The notes beneath the pieces are model-generated. The model did no database searches. It was not told where the DNA came from and saw nothing but the letters and a program-made list of their open reading frames with translations. Shown here one piece after another: positions 1 to 12,639 of a stretch of DNA of 64,000 nucleotides (the stretch's first letter is position 1; the number at the start of each line of letters is the position of its first letter). The position numbers were made by a program, and so were the translations under genes. Source of the DNA: Albugo candida (lineage: Eukaryota); assembly GCA_040437565.1 (NCBI GenBank), contig JBDOQK010000067.1:1-64000 (forward strand), read 5' to 3'.

Positions 1-3000
1 GCATGAACAACCTTTTTTCGTGCTGCAAAACGTTGTACCTATCTATTGATGATAATCTTGCAGAGCACGATGGGTCCCGACAGCATCAACAAATGAGAAT
101 ATGCAACTATGCACAGCTAACGCCTCAAGTCCTCAAGTCATGATTTTATACGGATATCAATTTGAAAATTTCTCATTTTTAACTGAGCAAAATCTGCAAA
201 AGTTGAAAGTTGCCCACCAGGCACAAAGAAACAGAATCCCGCTGCTGAGAATCTTGAGCAGCGATATAGGGTGCAGATAAAGCAAATAGTTTCTCTTTGA
301 AGTTTGAACGATGATCTAAACGGGATTAGATACGCTCGATCGTCAAGGTGAATTATTGGTTTTCGATAGGATTACGTGTATCGTATTCGTAGTATTTACA
401 AAATCCAGCAACGTGTAGCATAGAAAAGCATGACCTGTACCGCATAAGTTAAGCATTACTAGCTTAATGAAATAGATCGGCTTGCTCTAAAATAAATATG
501 TGTGTGCTCTCAATTGGATTTGCACCATCATCTCTTCGACCAGCGTCGTCATAGCACAATAACCTCCGTCAACGACCAATCCTTTCACATGTTTCCTGGA
601 ATCAGAGTCCATAGAGACATCCATCTATTCTTGTAAAACAATCGACCTTAATCTCTTCCCAACTATGATTTGCCTGATATGTATTATCTCATGACAATTG
701 TCAGTATGCTGCCGTACATGCATAAATCTCTCAGATTTCGCCAAGCACAAGACTCAAAAGCATCTTCACTTGCAGTTCTATGTAAAAATATATCAGTGAC
801 GAACCGTCCCTATCGTAGATCATCGTTTGATTGTTTATGCGTTTCTAGAGCGCTTTAGACAATCTCATACTCGGGGTTTTTTCTTGGCCATTACATAGAT
901 TATTGTACCGATCCAATCGTTTACGTCAATTCATGGTGCAAGAAGATGAAATAACCAATCGATGCAACGCGAACTCTTTTTGAAGGCCACAGGGTTGTTT
1001 ACTCATCGCTTTTGATTTTGTTTTACTTGGTGATAAAGTGATATGTCTCCCGAAAATTTATGGATAGGCGAGTAATCAGCATAATTGAATGTATGCTTTT
1101 ACAGAGATGCCAAAGTTACAACAAAAACGTAAAGGAAAACTGTGTCGATGAGGGCCTATGAATCGAAAAGATCGCGAAAGGCATGCGTCTAACTCTAGAA
1201 ACAAAACGACAGCACCTTTATCTCCATTGATAAGAAAGGACAAGAGAAGCCCAATTTTTTCACCTCAGAATCGAGGTAACATTCTTTAATACATACACGC
1301 GTGGTCTTATTCAGTATATTCATTATCAGGTGTATATTTAAATCAGACGCGTTGGAATTATAGCAAAGCTGGAACCTTTTCCCGTGAGACGCCACTATCA
1401 TACGGATAGATTCTCCAAATTCTCTCATTCTTCATATTGCTTAGGTCAAATACTCAGCATTACCTCGCATTCCTAGTGTTGGCCGACATATTCATTAAAG
1501 CAGCAGCACTGAATATACCCAAGAAATGTTGCTGATTCACTTAGGTAGTAAGCAGCAAGGAAGAGTTGTATATGATTACAGCGACATCTTTCTGTGTTGT
1601 GACGTAAAAAATACGGATGAGTAAGAAAGGGACAATCGATAAATGAGTGACCATTATGACATAACTTTCTTGAATCTGAAAAGGTTGCTGCTGTCCTCCT
1701 TCATCTTCGAACATATGTTGTTGTGCGTGTAGTAGAATTCAACTACACACGATCATATGTCTACATAGAATACTACATAAGCTATAGGGGCAGGAAAATG
1801 CGTGCGGGTATTGCATAGTATCAGTTTCAACATAAGAAGTAACCTTTTCTGATTTCGGCCAATTAGTAGTTCTCAAATATGAACTGACTCTTTCTCACGT
1901 CTCTGATATCAATATACTTCAACTTCAATGTCTTTGCGGAATTTTTATATTTGGTTATATCGTTGCCGATGAAATTCATCAGCTTTCTTTTGATAGTTTT
2001 CAATATAATATGCTGATAGCCAGATTAAGAAGCGCGCGTAGTGAAGCTGCTTCATTGAGGATGTATCTGCGAATTCTAGCAGACTTGCTAAAACCTCAAT
2101 CAGGGGCTTTATATTATAAGAAGACGTAACCTATTTGCATTTCAGTCATACCTGGAGATTTTTTTCTGCAACGTAGGTAGATGTCCTTTGTAGAAGTATT
2201 TCGTTCTGTCTTTCCCAGATCTTTGGTGGTGAAGTCAATAGTGCACTAAATGTGAGCCACAAAAGCAACTTTCCAGCATATTACGAAGTTCTCCATACGA
2301 TAGCGGAAGTTTTCAGGCAGTTTTGAATCTATCATACACTTGGAATATTTGGATTTCTCCAAAAATGCTTTCCGATGCAGCCTATCGTGCGAAAATGCTG
2401 TAACTATGACGGAATCGAATAACCACTTGAGTAGTATCAACAGTTCTTTTTGACGCTTGGACTCAGCATTAACTCCTTCAAGGTTCCTTCTATTATCAGC
2501 TATACTCAGAGTTTCTAAGACTCCACATTGCGTGTAATTCTCGTCAAATGCGCCGCTGCGTTTATGGCGATAATCAGTGTCGACAGATTTGGTCTATACG
2601 TGGAAATTGGAGGAACGAAAGTATTGGTTGCATAGCTGAATGACTTTGTAATCCAAATACTTTTCGTCCGCTGCACTTGTTATTATTGGCACATTGCGTT
2701 CATAACGAGCATCAATATGAATGGTTTCAAGTACGCTTCTAGGATACATCATAACTTATTGTTTGTGTACTTGCCATCTTCAGAGACTCCGGAAGTGCAT
2801 TAGATTCAGCCCTAAGAATTGCCATTTGCTAAAGATAACGCCCATTGACATGCTTCCCACACCATTAGCTTTTTTTTTCTTCTGGTCGCATTTGTCAGAT
2901 GAAGTATATTGCAGCATTTCTGATAAGAAGCCGAAGAATTGTGGCAAAGAAATGGTTCCTGGCTAATACCACAAACAATTTTTCTTGTCTATGCGATCTC

Positions 3001-4071
3001 CTTGCGCACAAAAGCGACTTCTAATTCCGTTCTGGCTACAACAGGCGCTAATTACATTCTCAGGCTCGTCTTAGCGCTCTAAATCACTCCGTCTACAGCG
3101 GATCATTTGGTGAAAGGCCACTAGGCGTGGTCCTCGAGTCATCACATGGGCATGCTCACGCTTGTATGGGTATGCTCGAGACCATTCATATGTTGCGATT
3201 TACGCATCATGAACTATTTCATCAAGCTTACGGAAATAGTCCAATTAGCATTGCTATCATCCAGAACTCACGAGTGCCGAAAGATGCGAAGTATCCATGT
3301 ATCAAATTATTGCTCTTTTATTCGTGCAGCAAGCTATCTGTAATTCAAAACGCGAGCTAGAATCAATTCTTTTTAGAACGTGGTCCAAAGAACTCGTATG
3401 AAGCAAACGAAGACGTAAAAGCATTTGCTATATTTCACTTCCCCTCACGTGCATATCATATTTCGTTAGCTGTCGGATGCCAACGGGACGCTCAACTTGT
3501 TTTCGGTCACCATTATAGCTTAGAATCGAGCATAGTTTTTCAACACATAAGCGAAGAATATAAGACGGTGTTGGACGCATCCAAACATATCCAGCAGAAT
3601 TAGATTTGTCGTTGTAAGAGAAAAATACTTCTGTTTGCTCAACTTGCAAGATGCACAATCTTCAAATGTAGACCTCGCACACTCAAACTGGACCAAAGCA
3701 ATTTTATTTGAATAATAGGGAGGTAAAGTCTGGCACACGTTCTACTTTGCAATGCGACATGAGAATATAATGTATCTGAGGAGGCCAAATACCCACTGGA
3801 ATTCCTCTCTGTGTGTACGTGATGGTAGCATCTCGTCCGATCGATTTAGATGAATCCGATCATAAGATAGCTGCATGTTCAGAGCAGAAATGATAGGGGA
3901 CCTTCTGTATCCGGACGCATTTGTCCTTACGATGACATGTCAGAAGATTCTGCCATGACCATTTTGGTAATNNNNNNNNNNNNNNNNNNNNNNNNNNNNN
4001 NNNNNNNNNNNNNNNNNNNNNNNNNNNNNNNNNNNNNNNNNNNNNNNNNNNNNNNNNNNNNNNNNNNNNNN

Positions 4072-6522
4072 GATCAGAATTTTTTATTGACCAATCAGAG
4101 GCTCCAGCTTCTGGTCGAAGAAGACGAGCAGGAATTATGTTAATAACCCACGCACATCCTACAGTGAGCTTTGGGAGAACACCGAAAGATTGCTGAGGCG
4201 GACAGTAAGTGTTGATTACGTCTTTACAAACCGAACGGGACAGAAAGCTGCTGCATAGACTTCGATTCGCTAATAGTGAAAAGGACCTATTTACATAAAT
4301 ATACACTCTCCGATTTATCCCCAATAACAATCAGCCCTAACGCCCACTATTGGATATTGAGGATGAGTGAGTTATACGAATTGATCCGTACACATTAGTA
4401 TTAGATGAAGCTTTGTACCACAGAGAATGTAATATATACCATATACATCTCGGATATAGTATGTTGGGTTTTGTAAAATTTGCATCTAACGCGTATCTGA
4501 CTGAGCTTTGCGTCAAACTATTCCATCCATGTATTTCAAAATCCCTGCATAAGAGAGAGAAGTAGAAGGTCTGGTCGCCGAAACACTTGTGCTTTAACTT
4601 AACGCTCAAGAGTAGCGTTTATGTATCGTTCTCCTAAGGAACCTTCTGCGCATGTTAATTCCAGAAAGTATGCCTATGTGTCCCGTGGCAGAATATGGTG
4701 ACTCTGCTGCTCAGACGTGATCGAAAAATTGTGTTCACAGAGATCACACATGATCATGACAAATTGCCTGAGTCATCTGAACGTATATTGGATTCGTCCT
4801 AAACATAACGCTACGCTACAGATAGCACCCTTCGTGCCTCAATTTGAGCAGCAACCTATCCTGTACCAAGTGTCCATGAAAGCAAGCCACATGGGATCTT
4901 GCTCGTGCGTCCACCTTAACCGCCATAATTCTTTCCTACTATTCCAAGGAATTGATTCGTCAATGTTCAATCCATTGTACGGTCTTTAATATCATTTGAT
5001 GTTTGGTTTCTAGGGGAAATTAGATCATGGAATCAAGACAACATTGCAAAACATATGCTCACTATATGTCGGTAGTTCGTTCGTACATAAGGACATCGTT
5101 CAGGGTTGCAGAAAATGAATGGTGCGAACATACAAGTGGCGACTTCAAGATCAACATAAAAACAAGACCACCTCAGTTGCATCGCAAGTTGCCAGGAACG
5201 CTTATCAAATTCATGTACTGCATAGAAGAAAATGCTTTGTCAAAGGAGAACTACCCGAAATGATTCCGGGGTCAGCACCGTGGAAAACCATGCTCTTTTG
5301 AATCGCGCTGAAAAATTGATTTTGGCTCGATAAGAGCGTAGCAGCGATCCCAAGCAGCTTATTGGTTCCCTTCATACTGTATGAGGATACTGACTGTTCG
5401 ACAACTGGTCCAATCAATTCGGCAGTAATGAAATTGTAATAGCTAAAATAGCGTCTCATTAGATAATACGGCACGTTTGTAGGAGTACAAGATGAAAATT
5501 CAAGTAATCAAGCTGATCACATTGTGATAACTCTGCGTAGTCGAAATCGGACGATGAACGTTGTTGCTCTCAGGACTGATACTGTAAATTTGCATAACGT
5601 CAAGACAGCACCCATCAACCAACCGAAACACAGAAAGTCTAGCATCGTGTTCAGCAGTAATAATAGCTTAATGTCAAGACCTTTCCGATAAAAATGTACA
5701 AATTCTTGAATTGCATCGCGTCACAAACAGCATAGTGCGACGTATGATCTTCATACAAAAAGAAATCAAGAAATGGTCGCCAATCATCGCTCCCACCGAG
5801 CTAAACGTCTAGAAGAGAATACTGTTTCTATGTCTCAGTATGCAACAGTATATGCAAGAAATGACGGCTATCCCTTGGGTCGATTCTCTGAATCAATTTT
5901 TAATATTCTTGCTGCAGGAGGGTACAGTGAGCAAAATTTCCTATTCCATACGACGCTCGTACCATGTAGAATTGCTTTGTTCATCAAAGCGGCACATATA
6001 CGGAAAATTGTTTTAACTTGACCTCAATCAATAGGTCGGTTGCACCAATCAAGTAGTACCATTTACTTGTATATCCTGTAGGTGACGGGTGCACTGCCGC
6101 ATAAGCAGCTAACTTGAACTGACATTTGAAATTGATATGTGCGTATCAAACCCCGTGAGAGCCTTTGAGTTGTTTTATCACTCCCATTTGTGGTGAGCAA
6201 CAAGAAGCTGTTGATGATAAAAAAAGCAACAGAACGGATGAGACATAAGAACTGGTTACGGCGTGAGGTTGGCTTTAGTGCCACTGTGTCATGTGCATGC
6301 CAAGGCGAAGCGCTCACATGGTCTACATTTCCACACGTTATGCCTCCGTGCGCATAACGATAACACTTTCGTCAAATGCTTGTCACAAGCTCGAGAATAC
6401 TACGTATCGATTTGGTTGGTGAGTGGATACATGGCGCATAACTCAGATCGTAACATTATAATTTGCACAATACCCTCTGCAGAAGCTACGCGTCTTTAAG
6501 CTTTGGCTGAGAGCGAGCGTGT
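4072..6522. repeat. Segmental duplication, copy A (longer copy; fragmentary ORFs only)
   Basis: 4072-4097 and 5412-6522 align by eye with 7787-8760 (shared anchors gatcagaattttttattgaccaatca, aattcggcagtaatgaaattgtaatagcta, tcaaaccccgtgagagcctttgagt). ORFs 6063-6317 and 8267-8595 share 'GSDKTTQRLSRGLI'. Confidence 0.85.
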
Positions 6523-7116
6523 CGAAAGGGCAAAGAAACATAAACGTAGCACCGATGTCAACGATCCTATATCCATCATTCCAAGTTCCATTTCGCAGAT
6601 TGTGTACTGGAGAAAATCCTTCGCATAAAAAACAGTAACTTGTCTACTTAAGTCGTTCCTACGGCTTTGGTTTGTTTAGAGATGTGCATGGTGCTACGAC
6701 TCCAGCGTACCTTGTGAAACGAAAACTGAGTACTTGATTCGATTCATCTTTACCCAAGCTTTCTTTACAAATATATACAACTATTGGAGGAAATACTCTT
6801 GAGTCCTGAGTTGTGGTACAAATATCATTGTGCCCGTATTAAAAGGTCTCCGCTGGGGTAAAACGTCGAAGCGTTATGTTACTTCTCTCCTACTTTTTAT
6901 GTTAAAGCGATTGAACCGGACAAGGCCTTATTGTTGCATGCTGTGACGCAAATCTGTGACGCAACGATGACAAATCGTACTTTAGCTACAGCAAGACATC
7001 AGCACACTGCAGCAATGCTGATCGCACTGATTGCATCAAGGCAAAACCGACCTTATACTACAAAAGGTACGGTTCACACTATAATAAATATCAATAGCTT
7101 TTCAGGGGTCCAAAGT

Positions 7117-7597
7117 ATGAGCACAGTAGAAAATGACGACATTACAGTAAGTTTTCGTAATCGATAGGAAGCTATTGCATTAACCATAGACGGGGAAGTG
7201 GAGGATGAACTTTAAGCGGCATAGTAGTACTCTGAAATATCGAATTTCTAATGTCATTTGTGTAGGAACACAAGCAAAAGAAGCGTAAGTATCTTGCGCA
7301 GGAGAATACACGCACAACGCGAGCGACTAGAAAATGCGATCGGACGCAAGATACTGTTGCAACGGACGCAGAAACCATCTCTTCATTACAATCTCCCATA
7401 AGATACAACAGAGCTGGGTTCAAATCATGGAAATCAAAATTCTTGCTTGATGACGCGATCGAATCGGATGACGCGTCAAGCAATTTTCTCTCCAAAAGCC
7501 AATCGCAATGCAATTTGGATCTACCCCTCTTCTCTCAATTGAGAGCAGCTTTGGCATCGGTAAGACCAAATCGTAGGAGCAATAAAAGCTCATGGAA
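7117..7597 (+). CDS. Putative spliced gene of unknown function, 5' part only (runs into gap)
   Basis: ATG 7117 (MSTVENDDIT), GTAAGT donor at 7147 and TAG acceptor at 7265 join in phase 0 to an open frame EHKQKKRKYLAQEN...LDDAIESDD... that reaches the N gap at 7598. The start could lie further upstream. Confidence 0.4.
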
Positions 7598-7786
7598 NNN
7601 NNNNNNNNNNNNNNNNNNNNNNNNNNNNNNNNNNNNNNNNNNNNNNNNNNNNNNNNNNNNNNNNNNNNNNNNNNNNNNNNNNNNNNNNNNNNNNNNNCCC
7701 AGTGAGTAGTAATGCACAAACTGGGAATCCGCATGTTTAGATTTTGAGTGTGTATTTGCGGGCAATACGAGGAGTGGCGAACGAGA

Positions 7787-8757
7787 GATCAGAATTTTTT
7801 ATTGACCAATCATAGCAATTCGGCAGTAATGAAATTGTAATAGCTAGAAAAGGGTCTCACTTGATAATACGGACGTTTGTAGGAGAACATGAGATTCTCA
7901 AGTAATCAAGCTGTCATATACTGATAGCTCTACGTACGTCGAGATCAGACGATATAAGTCTGTGCTCTCGGGACTGATACTGTAAATGTGCAGAACATGA
8001 AGACAGCACCCATCAACCAATCGGAACACAGAAAGTCATGCATTTCTTCAGCAATATTAATAGCTTAATATCAAGACATAGAGTCATTTTAGTCGTATAA
8101 TCTCACGACGTCTAGGTGTTCCGTCCCGATCAAAATGTACAAATTCTTGAATTGCATCGAGTCACAAACAACATAGTGCGAGATATGCTCTCCATCAAAA
8201 AAAGAAATCAAGAAATTGCCGCCAATCAACGCTCCCACCGAGAAGAGGAATTGTTTTCACTTGACCTCAAACAATGGGTCGGCTGCACCAATCAAGGTAG
8301 TACCATCGAGTTGTATACCCTGTAGGTAACAGGTACACTGCCGCATAAGCAACACCCTTGAACTGACATATGAAATGGATGTGTGGGATCAAACCCCGTG
8401 AGAGCCTTTGAGTGGTTTTGTCACTCCCATTTTTCGGTGAGCTAGAAAAACCGTTGACGATAAAAAAGCAATAAAATGGATGAGACATAGGAACTGGTTA
8501 CGGTGCGATGTTGGCTCTTGTGCCACTGTGTCGTGTGCATGCCAAGACGAAGCGCTCACATGATCTGAATTCCCGCACTTATGCCTCCGGCGCATGATAA
8601 TTACACTTTCTTCGATGCTTGTTACAAGCTCAAGAATTTTAATTATCTATCTTATTTTCAAGTGGATACATGGCGTATATATCAGATCATAAATTATAGT
8701 ATGCACTGGCACTTCTACAGTAGATACGAATCTTCAAGCTTTGTTTAGGAGGGAGCG
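7787..8757. repeat. Segmental duplication, copy B (internally deleted derivative of 4072-6522)
   Basis: Colinear with copy A but lacks about 4098-5411 and about 5803-6005. Similarity stops at the LTR start. Confidence 0.85.
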
Positions 8758-8962
8758 TGTCATGCCGCCGAGTCGGACAACACGACTGAGCTGACTGTAT
8801 GCTAGATAAGCCATGATTTCAGCCTGTGACGTCAGACCATGACGTCTTTAGGAACATTCTAGAGGGACCTATGATTATAGGCTTAGAGTAGCACAGGGTA
8901 GCGAACTAAGGAGCTATATTACTTCAGTTTTCAATTGACTAAGTGAACAACAAGTCTTCACA
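8758..8962 (+). mobile_element. Putative 5' LTR of the Ty3/gypsy element
   Basis: Begins TGTCA where homology to copy A ends, ends TCACA, and is followed by TC-TGGTAGCAC (PBS-like). The second LTR is not visible because of the gap. Confidence 0.6.
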
Positions 8963-8964
8963 TC

Positions 8965-8973
8965 TGGTAGCAC
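8965..8973 (+). promoter_or_regulatory. Putative retrotransposon primer-binding site TGGTAGCAC
   Basis: TGG (complement of tRNA CCA) 2 nt after the LTR-terminal CA; resembles initiator-tRNA-Met type PBS. Confidence 0.5.
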
Positions 8974-9226
8974 TTGTTGGTCCTCGCCGTCTCCGCCGTC
9001 CTCGCCGCCCCTACTGCACCGCCGTCATCACTCAAGAGCAGTGATCAGGAGAGCTCATTCGTGAGTCCCAATATTTTTGAGGGCAGGGACTCCCTTCCAT
9101 TGGCTGTAAATCCTACCGGGCCATTATTACTGCTGCTGTTATCGAGATTGAAGTCTTAATTGGCTATAAATCGTCTCGTTTCGGTAATGAGTGAGTTTGG
9201 TTAACGGAAGGTCAGTTCTTCGGTTC

Positions 9227-9571
9227 ATGGCCCGTCACTCGCGGAAGCAACCCACAAAACTTGACCTCAACGACTCGCTGGCCCAGCTGTCCGTGAAGAA
9301 GCCAGACGCCGCCGATAAGTGCCGCGCGGATCTGCTGGAATCGATCCGCCGCACCAGCTGCATTCTTTGCCGCTTCGAGAAACACCTGGAAACGTCTCAC
9401 CGCTCCGACTCGCGCAAAAACATCAAAGCTCGCTTACTCTCGGACGCCAGTAACTTGCTCAGCTTCGAGAGCACTGTGAACCTGCGCATCTCACGCGAAA
9501 TCGCTAAGCACAGGGTCAAACTATCTGAGTCCCTTGTGCTGGACCGCCAGGGTACAAAACCGTACCCGTAA
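9227..9571 (+). CDS. Extra ORF upstream of gag inside the retroelement (114 aa from ATG 9227), function unknown
   Basis: Uninterrupted GC-richer ORF MARHSRKQPTKLDLNDSLAQL... between the PBS and gag. Confidence 0.45.
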   Translation: MARHSRKQPTKLDLNDSLAQLSVKKPDAADKCRADLLESIRRTSCILCRFEKHLETSHRSDSRKNIKARLLSDASNLLSFESTVNLRISREIAKHRVKLSESLVLDRQGTKPYP

Positions 9572-9709
9572 GCCAACACCGACCGCCAAGTCGAAAAACT
9601 CCTTGAAACCCGAACCAAAGGTTGTCAAGAGAAGCACCCAAGAGCCAAAAAAGACCCCAGATCAACCCCGTAGAGTTAACTAATCGTTGATAATTGTATT
9701 GGTTCAACA

Positions 9710-11983
9710 ATGTCCACCCCGATGACTTGCGATCAGCATGCACAATTGCTGCACTCTATGGTTGCAACTATGGAAAAACAAGCGCAATTGCTTGAGCAAT
9801 TTCAAAAAATTAAAACAGCTTTCGGAAATCAAGCTAGAGGGTGTGAAACTTCCGACGTATAGGGGTAGGTTGGATGAATTATTTCAACTCTACAAGGAGC
9901 AAGTGGAACAATACTTCTTTGCAAGAGGAGTGGACTGGAAGAGTCAAGAACTTTCTCAAAGAATACTCGCTGTCTTAGGCGGGACATGGAAGCAAGGAGC
10001 GGCTCAGTGGTATGGGATGCAAAAACAGTATGTCACAAACGTGGACGACTTCTTCAGCAACATTGAACGTGAATTTCTCCCTGCTGATCTGCAAGAGCGT
10101 CTGCGCGAGGATATGAACAATATGAGAGAGCGCGATTGCGCAAATCTTCCTGATTATGTGTGCAAGTTTCACCACGTTGTCACTCAAGTTCGGGAGATGA
10201 GCGAGCTGGACCAGATCATGTACCTTCTCCGAGGACTGACAGGTCGCACACGGGAAGAAGTGCAGTACCGTCGCTGTACAACACTCTCCGACGCTATTAC
10301 GGTTTCGTTGGACTTTAACCGTTCTCATCCGCAGAGACATTTTCGAGGAATTTCGCACGATAGACCGCGGTACAGGTCATACGAAAGCAGTCGTCGATAT
10401 CGATAGAACGATGGACCGGATCCAATGGACACAGCTACGTGCAAATTTCTTCTCGTGACGAATGTCGCCGCCGTAATTTGTGCTTCAAGTGCGGAAGTCC
10501 AAATCATCGCTCCGCACAGTGTCGTCATCGCCAGCCACGTAATGATCGAGGTAACAATCGTTCCGACCGGAACTATCAGCAAAAACAAAGTCGTCAGCAT
10601 GTCAACAATGTGGACAGCCGTGAGGACGAACAAGAAGCAACTGTTTACGACCGTGTCACGATCAATGCCGTGGAGGTCCAAAAGACGACAGAAGTAGAAC
10701 CTATTGGCTTGGAATCAAGCAGCTTTGGATCGGACATGCCAGTGCAAGGTCAACTACTAGTACGTGATGGTGTCATTGGAAACAAATCCGTCAAGATTTT
10801 GATCGACTCTGGTGCGTCCACAAATCTGGTCTGGCCTCAAAAATACTGAGCGCACAAAAGGTACAAGCGCGTCGTTTTGACGGAACGTGGACATCGAGTC
10901 ATCCCACGAAGAGAGTGGAAGATACCGTTCGCATCGACGGTATGGAGTTCACAAGGATGCAGTTCATGGAATGGAACCTGCCGGATACGCATGACTTAGT
11001 ATTTGGTCAACCATGGTTCACCAAGTACAACCTACGGATTGACTGGCGATCGCAACATATTGAAGTGGAAGCCCACACGAATTTCGAAGATGTGGATGGT
11101 CCTACCTTCCAAGAGAAGCTGAACAGCGGAGCATATGAGGAGATATATCAACTGAAGGTTACCAACGTAGAGCCATCAGAAATATTGCAGGAGTTGAAAC
11201 CAGTTCTGGACGAGTACAAGGACGTATTTCCAGAAAAACTTCTGAATGAAATCCCTCCAAAGCGACCAGTGAACTTCGAACTGCAAATAAAGTCTGATGC
11301 GGTGCCGAGCGCCCGTGCTCCCTTCCGTATTTAAAAGGTTGAGCAAGACGCACTGCAGCAATTCGTTGAAGAGAATATACGAAAAGGATGGATAGAAGTA
11401 TCCAACTCGCCATGAGTCTCCAATATTTTTGGAAAGATCCCACAACCGGAATGTTCCCAAAACGCGCCGAATGGCTCCGAAGCGAAAATTCGAAGATTCC
11501 CATTCGCTGGGTAATTGACTTATGTGAATAGCATGTTAGTCGTGGAAAAAATTCTTTTGCCGTTAATTGAAGAACTATTCGACCGCATGGTTGGATGCAA
11601 GTATTTTACGCTTCTCGATCCTGCTCAAGGGTACCATCAAATGGTAGTTTTGCCATCAAGTCGACCCTATACGGCTTCCGGAACCCACAAAGAAACGTAT
11701 CAATGGTGTGTAGCACCAATGGGGTTATCAGGAATGCCTGGGGTTTGGTCACGTCTGATGCGAACGTTGTTCGATAAGCTAGGCACCTTCGTTGTCGTGT
11801 ATCTGGACGACATATGCATCTTCTCCCGTACAATGGAGAACCATGTCGGCCACGTTCGTGCAGTATGCGAAGTGTTGCGCAAGGAGAAGCTTTACGCTCG
11901 ACTCTCCAAATGTGCATTTTGGTCGCAAAGAAATCGCATTCTTAGGGCATATGGTTTCCGAAGCTGGTCTACGCGTCGACCCT
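9710..11983 (+). pseudogene. gag-pol pseudogene with multiple stops and frameshifts
   Basis: Reading frame broken near 9810, 10404, 10440, 10849, 11334, 11415, 11510 and 11920. Confidence 0.9.
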
Positions 11984-12083
11984 NNNNNNNNNNNNNNNNN
12001 NNNNNNNNNNNNNNNNNNNNNNNNNNNNNNNNNNNNNNNNNNNNNNNNNNNNNNNNNNNNNNNNNNNNNNNNNNNNNNNNNNN

Positions 12084-12344
12084 TGTAGTTTCCTTTGGGT
12101 CACCCTGTGACGAGGCAACGACAGTACCACATGTACCACCGGTACCACATCGTACACCGGTAGTACCAGTATTACCCTGTACCGTCACACTGGGGGTGGG
12201 GGTACTTTCCACGTCATCACACAGGGGTGACGACTCATCAACAATCATGCACTCACCCAATACTGGGTGACTCATGAGGGTTGCCACGTCACTACAAGTG
12301 GACGCTAGCACCCTGGGTTGTGTCGATATGTCGACTTGAACCAT
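12084..12344 (-). CDS. 5' end of an unknown Thr/Gly/Val-rich ORF running into a gap (possibly another mobile element ORF)
   Basis: ATG 12344, MVQVDISTQPRVLAST...GTTGVRCGTGGTCGT, open to the gap; composition differs from the flanks. Confidence 0.35.
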
Positions 12345-12639
12345 TGTTTTCGAGAGGAAAGAGTTGAAAAAAGCTGTTTTTTCGAGGTGTTTTTACTAAA
12401 TTAGCGGGTTACTTAGTATCCGGCGAATTGAGAAGTATACACTAGACACAGCGACAAATTGAAAGCTTTCGATTCCTAAAGAAACGCACAGCTTTTCGTC
12501 CAAACTTCGAGATCGCCACAAGCTCAACCATCCGTTCTGCTGCATATTCTTTTCTCCACCTCTCTCCCACACCGCTGTTTTTTGATTCAAATCCCATGGC
12601 AACGTCCTCTTCCCGTAATATCTCGTCCTAAACGACGAC

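Larger units (their letters stand above)
8758..11983 (+). mobile_element. Degenerate Ty3/gypsy LTR retrotransposon (gag, zinc knuckle, protease, RT), truncated by gap
   Basis: Gag-like 9710-10406; PDPMDT motif; CCHC knuckle CFKCGSPNHRSAQC; protease LIDSGAS and DLVFGQPW; RT motifs LPLIEELFD, AQGYHQM, PMGL, VYLDDICIFS, KCAF..EIAFLGH. PR is directly followed by RT (gypsy order). Confidence 0.95.

Noticed and set aside
11515-12270. 251-aa RT ORF reading through Ns (and other X-containing ORFs)
   Set aside because: The frame across a placeholder gap is meaningless; the two sides are unrelated.
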